Shown here piece after piece: positions 26,089-33,019 of a stretch of DNA of 35,909 bases (its first letter is position 1; every line of letters starts with the position of its first letter). A program made the translations under genes and the position numbers. This DNA is from Deltaproteobacteria bacterium. GTDB lineage: Bacteria > Myxococcota_A > UBA796 > UBA2385. The DNA is taken from the NCBI GenBank assembly GCA_016845285.1, contig JAERSX010000320.1, forward strand, positions 1 to 35,909, given 5' to 3'. Below the pieces are notes generated by a model that searched no databases, was not told where the DNA came from, and saw nothing but the letters and a program-made list of their open reading frames with translations.

Positions 26089-27302
26089 GGGCGCAGGCCT
26101 TCGCGGCGACGACGCGCCAGGAAGACCGGCAGCAGCCACCACAGGCTCGCCGCACCGCTGTTGCAGCCGCAGCCGCCCGGATCTGCCGGCGTGAGGGCGC
26201 CACCGCCGCTGTCGCCATCCGCGGTGCCGGTCCCGCCGTCGTCACCGGTGCCGCTCCCGCCGTCGTCCCCCGGCCCCGAGTCCCCGCTGTCGCCCGCCGG
26301 CGACGTGTCCTCGCTGGTGTCGGTCCCGCCCGTGTCGATGGGACCCCAGTCCACCTCGGCCGCGCAGCCCTCGAACTCTTCGCTCTCGACGCAGGGCACC
26401 TCCGCGATGAGCATGGGCACACCCTCGGTGGTGGTGAGCAGGCCGCCCTCGTGTCGATAGGCGATGGACTCGCCCTGGCCCTGCTCGTGGAGCATCACGC
26501 GGGTGGGAATCTCCCCCCAGTGAGCGTCGGGATCGTCGGGATCGGTGACCCACTCCCAGCCGCTGTCGTAGTTCCGTGCGATGAAGCGATCGCCCGCCGG
26601 CGACCAGTCCGCGCCCGTGAACGCACCCGGAGACGGCCACTCACCCACCGCCAGCTCGGTGAGCACCTCCACCTCTGCGGTCGCGTCGAGGCCCGTGGGC
26701 TCGAGGGGGGCACGGGCCACCCGCGGGGCGTCCTCCGACTCCATCCGCTCCTTGGTGACCAGGTAGATCTGCCCGGTGCAGGGATGCACCGCCACCGCCT
26801 CGGTGTCGCGCGGCGACTCGGGCCAGGTCAGCCTCCAGGTCGCCAACACCGGCGCGTCCTCACCCTCACCGGGCTCGGCGACCACGTAGATCTGCACCTC
26901 TTCGCGGGTACGGGCGTTGTCTCCTACGTCTGCGATGTAGAGGCAGTGCTCGGCATCGGATCCCTCGGGGCAGGGCCCATAGGACAGGTCCTCCCAGTCC
27001 TGGAATTCGGCGTCGGTGACCACGTGGGTATCGACGTGTTCGCCGCTGAGGTCGAAGGCATGGAGCACGGCGACGCCGCCTGCATCGTTGTGGCTGAACC
27101 AGATGCCACGCCGGGTCCGCGACCACGCGATGCCGCTGCTCTCGTTGATCTCCTCGGCCATGCACTCGCTGACCAGGGCCGCGGCGTCGTAGGAAGTGCA
27201 GGTGGTCGCCTCGCTGGGAGCACTCCAAGCAAGCGATCCCAAGACCGCCAGCACGGTCCTCGGCACCCTAGGGCCCGCATCTTTCCTCGACCACACGGGC
27301 AT
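26070..27302 (-). CDS. Secreted propeller-like protein with a MYXO-CTERM-like C-terminal sorting tail
   Basis: GGAAG lies upstream of ATG 27302, and a signal peptide is present. The N-terminal domain is paralogous to the product of 27461..28324 (ESSGIAWS..WFSHNDAGG, DWEDL, LYIADVGDN). An acidic Gly/Ser/Asp linker follows, then GGCGCNSGAASLWWLLPVFLARRRRE. Confidence 0.75.
   Translation of the reverse strand: MPVWSRKDAGPRVPRTVLAVLGSLAWSAPSEATTCTSYDAAALVSECMAEEINESSGIAWSRTRRGIWFSHNDAGGVAVLHAFDLSGEHVDTHVVTDAEFQDWEDLSYGPCPEGSDAEHCLYIADVGDNARTREEVQIYVVAEPGEGEDAPVLATWRLTWPESPRDTEAVAVHPCTGQIYLVTKERMESEDAPRVARAPLEPTGLDATAEVEVLTELAVGEWPSPGAFTGADWSPAGDRFIARNYDSGWEWVTDPDDPDAHWGEIPTRVMLHEQGQGESIAYRHEGGLLTTTEGVPMLIAEVPCVESEEFEGCAAEVDWGPIDTGGTDTSEDTSPAGDSGDSGPGDDGGSGTGDDGGTGTADGDSGGGALTPADPGGCGCNSGAASLWWLLPVFLARRRREGLRPQPGQL
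26073..26177 (-). other. MYXO-CTERM-like sorting signal
   Basis: A GGCGC motif, a hydrophobic helix LWWLLPVFLA and a basic cluster RRRR at the C-terminus match my recollection of TIGR03901. Confidence 0.55.
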
Positions 27303-27460
27303 TCACTTCCCACGTCACCTGACGGCCATCTTACCGCCACTGCCCCGCCAGTGATGTAAAGTAGCGGCTGATGGTTCTCAGACCCCCTTTCCGGCAACGT
27401 ACCGGTCATCGACGTCTACGTCGTCGGCCCGCGTCGACGACCGCAGCCCTGGAGGATGAC

Positions 27461-28324
27461 GTGGGTCACGGTCTCCTCGGTGCGTTGATGCTCGGACTTG
27501 CCGCCTGCGGCGACGACTCGGGGGAGTGCGAGAACTGGGGTGAGCCGGTCTCCACGGGCACCTTGGCCAGCGCGGAGATCTCCGAGGCGAGCGGGCTGGT
27601 GGCCAGTCGGATCCATGACGACCTCTTCTGGACCCACAACGACGCCGGCGACGGCGCACGGCTCTTCGCCCTCGACAGCAGCGGCGCCCACGAAGGCACC
27701 GTCGACTTCTCCGACGAGGACGCCAAGGACTGGGAGGACATCGCAGCCGGAGTGGGTGCCGACGGCAACCCCTGGCTCTACATCGGCGACATCGGCGACA
27801 ACGACCTGAGCCGCGACGAGATCCGTGTGTGGCGCACCGCCGAGCCCTCCGACCCGAAAGATGACGGCATCGAGCTGGACAAGCTCGACCTGAGCTACCC
27901 GGACGGCCCTCACGACGCCGAGACCCTGCTCTTCGATCCGCGAGACAACACCCTGTACGTGATCACCAAGTCCGACGGCGATCAGGCAGAGGTCTACGCC
28001 GTCGACGCGCATGCCGAGGACGATCAGGAGCTCGAGCACGTGGCCAGCATCGACCTGGTGGCGCGTGGACTTGCCGACGATGCGGCGCTCACGGGCGGTG
28101 ACATCTCGGCGGCCGGCGACTGGATCCTGCTGCGCACGCAAGGCCAGGTCTTCGCCTGGGCACGCGCTGCGGGAAGCACCCTGGCCGAGACCCTCGACCT
28201 CGAACCCTGCCTGGCACCCACGCCCACCCAGGACAATGGCGAGTCACTTGCCATGGACGGCGATAGCTACTTCACCGTCGGCGAAGGCACTGGTGCCCCG
28301 GTCTGGCAAGCGAGTCCTCCATGA
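27461..28324 (+). CDS. Lipoprotein, propeller-like; paralogue of the 26070..27302 product; first gene of the VTC operon
   Basis: I chose GTG 27461 because GGAGG (27451-27455) lies 5 nt upstream. It gives VGHGLLGALMLGLAACG, which contains a lipobox. Motifs read: EASGLVAS..LFWTHNDAGDG, DWEDIA and LYIGDIGDN. Confidence 0.7.
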   Translation: MGHGLLGALMLGLAACGDDSGECENWGEPVSTGTLASAEISEASGLVASRIHDDLFWTHNDAGDGARLFALDSSGAHEGTVDFSDEDAKDWEDIAAGVGADGNPWLYIGDIGDNDLSRDEIRVWRTAEPSDPKDDGIELDKLDLSYPDGPHDAETLLFDPRDNTLYVITKSDGDQAEVYAVDAHAEDDQELEHVASIDLVARGLADDAALTGGDISAAGDWILLRTQGQVFAWARAAGSTLAETLDLEPCLAPTPTQDNGESLAMDGDSYFTVGEGTGAPVWQASPP

Positions 28325-29343
28325 GCAAGCTGAAGGCAGGCCGAGCCATCGCAGGTGCGCTCGCGCTCATGGGCCTCGTGGCCATGGGGCTCAGCTCCAT
28401 GTCGGCCTCGGTGGTCACCGGCCCCGGCGTGGTCGACGCCACCACCACCTGGAAGGTTCGCGTCACCGGCGACGGGCGCTACCGCTGGACGCTGGAGGAA
28501 GGCCGCACCCCCCAGGGTCACGCCGTCGTGTCCGAGGGCGTCATGCAGTCCGAGCGCGGCGACCCCATGGTGCTCACCCTCGAAGCGGGCGTGGCTCCCG
28601 GTGCCACCATCGCCCAGAATCAGCCGCTGGCCCGCCTCCACTCCACCACCGCCCACGAACAGCTCCAAGCCCTCGAGGCCGAGCGCGCCCTCCTCCTCGC
28701 AGAGCAGGAGCTCCTGGCGGCTGGCGGCCGCCCCGAGGTGGTACGGGCAGCCGAGCAGGCCGTGGCTGTCGCCGAAGGCCGCCTCGAGATCGCCGAAGCC
28801 CAGGCCGAGCACATCTCCACCCTGGCCGACGACGGCGCGTCCTCCCGCTACGAAGCCGAGGAGGCCACGCGCCTTGCCTCGGTGGCCGACGCGGAGCTCG
28901 CCCTTGCGCAAGCCAAGCTCGACGAAGCCCGTCGTCCCGCCATGAGCGCCGAGTCCGAGGCCCTCGTCGCCCGCGTCAACGCCGTCGATGCGCGCCTGAC
29001 AGCAGCCCGGGCACGCGCCGAGCAGCAGGTGCTCGCTGCACCCTTCGCCGGCGAGCTGTCCATGCCTGGCGGCGACATCGCCCTTCAGGTCCACGCCGCT
29101 GGGCCCCGGCTCCTGCGCGTGGCCGTCGCCGAGTCCGAGCGTCGCCACGTGTCCCCCGGCAACATGGTCTCCTTCATCCCCACCGCCAACCCCGACAACC
29201 TCCACCAGGGCAAGGTGCTCGCCGTCGACAGCGCCGCGCGCTCCTTCGGCGGACAGACGGTCGTGTGGGTGGTGGCCGAGCTCGACGACTCCCTTCCCGT
29301 CGGGGCCACTGGCTCCGCAGCCGTCTCCAGGACGAAGGGATGA
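28321..29343 (+). CDS. HlyD-family membrane-fusion / periplasmic adaptor protein
   Basis: The ATG overlaps the upstream stop (ATGA). There is an N-terminal TM anchor AIAGALALMGLVAMGL, an Ala/Glu/Leu-rich coiled-coil region of about 130 aa, and flanking beta-barrel-like segments (VLAAPFAGEL, GNMVSF). Confidence 0.7.
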   Translation: MSKLKAGRAIAGALALMGLVAMGLSSMSASVVTGPGVVDATTTWKVRVTGDGRYRWTLEEGRTPQGHAVVSEGVMQSERGDPMVLTLEAGVAPGATIAQNQPLARLHSTTAHEQLQALEAERALLLAEQELLAAGGRPEVVRAAEQAVAVAEGRLEIAEAQAEHISTLADDGASSRYEAEEATRLASVADAELALAQAKLDEARRPAMSAESEALVARVNAVDARLTAARARAEQQVLAAPFAGELSMPGGDIALQVHAAGPRLLRVAVAESERRHVSPGNMVSFIPTANPDNLHQGKVLAVDSAARSFGGQTVVWVVAELDDSLPVGATGSAAVSRTKG

Positions 29344-30161
29344 GCGGAGAGGGGCGGCGAGAGCTCAAGTACATCATCCACGAGGACCAGCGTGCCAAGG
29401 TCCTCGACATCGCGCGGAACGCCGTCTCCGCCGACGAGCACGCAGGCGTGCTCACCGACTACATCTCCGATGGCTTCCGCGGCCCGGACGGCGAGCTCGC
29501 CAAGGGCTACCGCGTCAACACCCTCTACATCGACACCCCGGACCTGCGGACCTACACGCAGCGGCTGCGGAGCGCCCACATCCGCAACGTCGTTCGCATC
29601 CGCACCTACGGCGAGCCGGGCGACGTCACCCCGGTCTTCATCGAGTCCAAGCGAAAGCTCCGCGACCGCGTGGTCAAGCACCGCGCGCTCGTCTGCAATG
29701 CGCAGGAGTGGGCGGCCGCCGACGCCGCACACCCGTGGGAGACCATCCTCCCGCCCCTCGAGGGCGCCTTGGGCCGAAAGGCGCAGCGCTGGCTCGCTCA
29801 CACGCGCCGCGACAAGCTCGACACCGTGTTGACCGTGCACTACGTCCGCGAGGTCTACACCGAGGGGCGCTCGCGCCTCACCATCGATCACCTCGTGAGC
29901 GCCACAGGAAAGCAGGATCCCACCTTCCTGCAAGGACCCGGCCTCACCCGCCTCATTCCCCAAGGCTTCCTCGTGCTCGAGCTCAAATTCGACATCCGCA
30001 AGCCCGCTTGGATGAGAGACATCTGCAGCGAGCTGAACCTCGTCGAGGAGCCCGTCTCCAAGTACGGCCTCGGCGTGGCTCACACCGTGCGGACCGATCG
30101 TGTGGGTGAGCGCAAGTACATCACCCCGCCCACCTTGACCCGTGCGGGGCGCGCCGCGTGA
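29340..30161 (+). CDS. VTC-domain / triphosphate-tunnel (TTM) polyphosphate-polymerase-like protein
   Basis: ATG 29340 overlaps the upstream stop (ATGA). The tunnel-strand motifs appear in order: RELKYII, VNTLYIDTP, VVRIRTY, VFIESKRK, RLTIDHLV, LVLELKF and SKYGLG. The upstream 443 aa of track ORF 28011..30161 are an Arg/Pro-rich out-of-frame artefact. Confidence 0.75.
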   Translation: MSGEGRRELKYIIHEDQRAKVLDIARNAVSADEHAGVLTDYISDGFRGPDGELAKGYRVNTLYIDTPDLRTYTQRLRSAHIRNVVRIRTYGEPGDVTPVFIESKRKLRDRVVKHRALVCNAQEWAAADAAHPWETILPPLEGALGRKAQRWLAHTRRDKLDTVLTVHYVREVYTEGRSRLTIDHLVSATGKQDPTFLQGPGLTRLIPQGFLVLELKFDIRKPAWMRDICSELNLVEEPVSKYGLGVAHTVRTDRVGERKYITPPTLTRAGRAA

Positions 30162-30841
30162 CGCCCTTCGAGGCCGAACAGCTCCTGCTCGACACCTCCA
30201 CCCTCGGCCTCGACGCCGTGGTGCAGTCGCTGCTGTTGAGCTTCATCCTGGGGCTCGTCGTGGCGGCGGTCTATCGGTGGTCGCTGCCCGAGCGCATCGT
30301 GCCGCCGCAGCTCATGGCCTCGCTGGCGCTCCTGCCCATGATCACCGCACTCGTGATGATGGTCATCGGCAACAGCCTCGCGCGGGCCTTCTCGCTCGTG
30401 GGCGCGCTGGCCATCGTTCGCTTCCGCACCCGCCTCCGCAGCACCTGGGACATCTCCTTCGTGTTCTTCGCGCTGGCCGTGGGCATCGGCTGCGGCGTGG
30501 GTGCCCTCGAGAACACCGCGCTCGGCACCCTGGTCATCGTGCTGGCCGTCGTGGTGCTCGGCGCGCTGCCGTTCACGCGCGCCGCCTCGGATGTACAGAC
30601 CCTGCGCTGCGACGTCGCCGCCTACGAGCTCGGCGAGGGCGCGCTGGCGCCGCTCATCGACAAATACGCCCGGCGGCGCTGGCTCACCACCGCGCAGTCC
30701 CAGCGCTTCGGCGAGGCCATGACGCTCACGTACCGCATCGTGCTGAAACGAAAGGCCCGTTTGGAGCCCCTGGTTCGCGAGCTCTCGGCCCTCGAAGGTG
30801 TGGAACGGGTCACGCTCATGAGCGAAGAGGGCAGCACTTAG
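30158..30841 (+). CDS. DUF4956-family integral membrane protein
   Basis: GTG overlaps the upstream stop (GTGA). Several TM segments are present, along with the signature GNSLARAFSLVGALAIVRFRTRLRSTWDISFVFFALAVGIGCG and a soluble C-terminal domain. Confidence 0.7.
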   Translation: MTPFEAEQLLLDTSTLGLDAVVQSLLLSFILGLVVAAVYRWSLPERIVPPQLMASLALLPMITALVMMVIGNSLARAFSLVGALAIVRFRTRLRSTWDISFVFFALAVGIGCGVGALENTALGTLVIVLAVVVLGALPFTRAASDVQTLRCDVAAYELGEGALAPLIDKYARRRWLTTAQSQRFGEAMTLTYRIVLKRKARLEPLVRELSALEGVERVTLMSEEGST

Positions 30842-30870
30842 GGCAAACTGCGGAAACGCACTGGAGAGAG

Positions 30871-31542
30871 ATGATGCGCCCCACGCTGATGGCCCCCATG
30901 TACTTGCTGTTTCCACTCACGCTGTTGGCCTGTGGCGACAAGGCGGGAGGCTTCGACTCTGGCGCTACCGTCACCGAGGACTGCACCGACGGTGTGGACA
31001 ACGACGGCAACGGTGCCGCCGACTGCGCCGACGCCGCTTGCGCCGACGATCCGGCCTGTGCCGAGGACGACGACGACGAGGGCGGCGACTCTGGGGGCAC
31101 GGGTGGCAACACCGACTACCCCGACGTGCTCGTCAACGAGTTCATGGCGAGCAACGCCACCACCCTCCAAGACGTGACCGGCGCCTGGCCCGACTGGATC
31201 GAGCTCTACAACGCATCTGACGAGACCGTCGACCTCGCGGGCTGGTTCATCACCGACAACCTGGACAACCAGGACAAGAGCGAGCTCCCCAGCTTCGTGC
31301 TCGAGCCCGGTGAGTTCCTCATCCTGTACGCCGACGACGACCAGGAAGACGGAGAAGACCACGTCAACTTCAGCCTCGACGCCGCTGGCGAGCAGATCGG
31401 CATCTACGGCCCCGACGGCTCCATGGTCGACGAGATCGAGTACGGCGAGCAGGCCACCGACGTGAGCATGGGCCGGGTGCCCGACGGCAGCAGCACCTGG
31501 GAGGTGCTCGACAGCGCCTCACCCGGCTCCAGCAACGAGTGA
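30871..31542 (+). CDS. Lipoprotein with a Cys-rich DGVDNDGNG motif and a lamin-tail domain
   Basis: I chose the internal ATG 30871 (or 30874) of track ORF 30142..31542, which follows GGAGAGAG. The signal is MMRPTLMAPMYLLFPLTLLACG. The LTD reads LVNEFMASN..WPDWIELYNASDETVDLAGWFITDN. Confidence 0.75.
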   Translation: MMRPTLMAPMYLLFPLTLLACGDKAGGFDSGATVTEDCTDGVDNDGNGAADCADAACADDPACAEDDDDEGGDSGGTGGNTDYPDVLVNEFMASNATTLQDVTGAWPDWIELYNASDETVDLAGWFITDNLDNQDKSELPSFVLEPGEFLILYADDDQEDGEDHVNFSLDAAGEQIGIYGPDGSMVDEIEYGEQATDVSMGRVPDGSSTWEVLDSASPGSSNE

Positions 31543-32964
31543 TCAGGCCGGGGACACCGCCAGGGTGTCCCGCGGTAGGGCGCCGAGCTCCTCGTAGAGC
31601 CACACGTTCGCCCGGATCGCCTTGCCGAAGATGCCGAGATGCATGGACTCGTTGGGTCCATGCGCCGTCGTCTTCGGATCCATCACGCCGTTGAGGATCA
31701 GCGGCAGGTCGCCGTACTTGCGGCCGAAGAGCGCCACGAAGGGAATGGAGCCACCCACGCCCACCTGGAGCAGCTTGCGGCCCCAGACGCGCTCGTAGGC
31801 CCGGTCAGCGGCCTCGAAGGCCGGCCCTCTCGGCGTGTAGAGCCAGCTCTCGCCGTCCCAGCCCGTGGGCGACACGGTGACCTTGACGCCACCCGGCGGG
31901 TTGGTGGTCACCACCTCGGTGATGGCGTCCCGAAGCTCGTCCGCCTCCTGCCCTGGGGCGAGCCGCACCGAGAGCGTCGCTGTGGCCTTGGTGCGCAGGG
32001 CGTTCTTCTTGGTCTCGGCGGTGGGCAGCGTGGTCGCCACCACCGTCAGCGACGGCTGACGCCAGAGCCACTCGGCCGGCGAGCGCCCATGGGTGGGCAA
32101 GGGGTCGACCCCATCGATGATGTGGGCGCCGTCACGGATGATCTCGGCGTTCAGCGGCACGTCCCAGGAGTCCCGCCGCCAGTCGTCATCGATGTCCTCG
32201 ACACGCCCCACCTTGAGCCGGCCGTCCTCGTCGGTGAGCCGCGCGATGAGCCGACACAGGGCCACGCTCACATCGGGCACCATGTTGCCCCAGAGCCCGC
32301 TGTGGCCGTCGGCATCGAGCGCCTCCACAGCGAGCTCCAGCTCCATGAGGCCGCGCAGGGACACGGTCAGGCCAGGGATGTCCACCGAGGGATTCTCGCA
32401 GTCGGTGAGCACCATCACGTCCGAGGAGAAGGCCTCGGGGAAGGTGTCCATGTAGCGCTCGAGGTTGGGGGAGCCGATCTCCTCCTCGCCCTCGATGAGC
32501 AGCTTGAGGTTGCAGGGCAAGCCACCAGACTCCTCGAGCCAGGCGCGGATGGCGGCGAGATGGCTGACCCAGCCACCCATGTCGTCGGCGCTGCCCCGGG
32601 CGTAGAGCCGACCGTCGAGCTCCACACCCTCGTGGGGATCGGTGCGCCAGGGCTCGCCCTTCACGGGCTGAAGATCGAGGTGACCGTAGATCAGCACGGT
32701 GGGAGCGGAGGGGTCGGCATGCAGCCACTCGGCGGCCACGCATGGCAGGGTGCCCTCGAGGTGGAGCAAACGGGCGTTGTCGAGGCCCAGCGCCGACAGG
32801 TCGTCGCGGATTCGCTCGGCGAGGCGATGGACGTCGTCGAAGTGACTCGGATCACACGAGATCGCTGCGTAGGACAGGTAATCCTTGAGACGCGCGACGG
32901 TCTCGTCGAACTGTTCGGTTGCCCGACGCTCGACAGCGGTGGCGGAGCTCGCGATGGTGGACAT
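31543..32964 (-). CDS. M20/M25/M40 family metallopeptidase (dipeptidase/ArgE-like)
   Basis: I chose ATG 32964 because GGGAGG lies 6 nt upstream. Metal-site motifs: IYGHLDLQPV, ARGSADDMGG, IEGEEEIGS and HGPNESMH. Confidence 0.85.
   Translation of the reverse strand: MSTIASSATAVERRATEQFDETVARLKDYLSYAAISCDPSHFDDVHRLAERIRDDLSALGLDNARLLHLEGTLPCVAAEWLHADPSAPTVLIYGHLDLQPVKGEPWRTDPHEGVELDGRLYARGSADDMGGWVSHLAAIRAWLEESGGLPCNLKLLIEGEEEIGSPNLERYMDTFPEAFSSDVMVLTDCENPSVDIPGLTVSLRGLMELELAVEALDADGHSGLWGNMVPDVSVALCRLIARLTDEDGRLKVGRVEDIDDDWRRDSWDVPLNAEIIRDGAHIIDGVDPLPTHGRSPAEWLWRQPSLTVVATTLPTAETKKNALRTKATATLSVRLAPGQEADELRDAITEVVTTNPPGGVKVTVSPTGWDGESWLYTPRGPAFEAADRAYERVWGRKLLQVGVGGSIPFVALFGRKYGDLPLILNGVMDPKTTAHGPNESMHLGIFGKAIRANVWLYEELGALPRDTLAVSPA
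31551..31571. terminator. Hairpin GGGACACC-gccag-GGTGTCCC immediately after the plus-strand operon stop, embedded in the 3' end of the convergent M20 gene
   Basis: Perfect 8-bp stem with a 5-nt loop, read directly. It begins 9 nt after TGA 31540-31542. There is no U-tract. Confidence 0.35.
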
Positions 32965-33019
32965 GACACCTCCCAGAGGGCGCGCATCGTAGATCACCCG
33001 ACGCCCTCACGGGTCGGAG

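Noticed and set aside
25503-27359. 618-aa plus-strand ORF spanning the end of the second CotH gene and the whole MYXO-CTERM gene.
   Set aside because: It is out of frame with the CotH gene and antisense to the minus-strand gene. The product is Arg/Pro/His/Gly-rich with no domain signature.
28011-29339. N-terminal 443 aa of the 716-aa track ORF 28011..30161.
   Set aside because: This part is Arg/Pro/Gly-rich and overlaps the lipoprotein and HlyD genes in other frames. A clean ATGA-coupled start at 29340 yields a normal-length VTC-domain protein.
30142-30870. N-terminal extension of track ORF 30142..31542 over the DUF4956 gene.
   Set aside because: It is an Arg/His/Gly-rich out-of-frame overlap. 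The lipoprotein signal MMRPTLMAPMYLLFPLTLLACG begins at 30871, after an SD-like GGAGAGAG.
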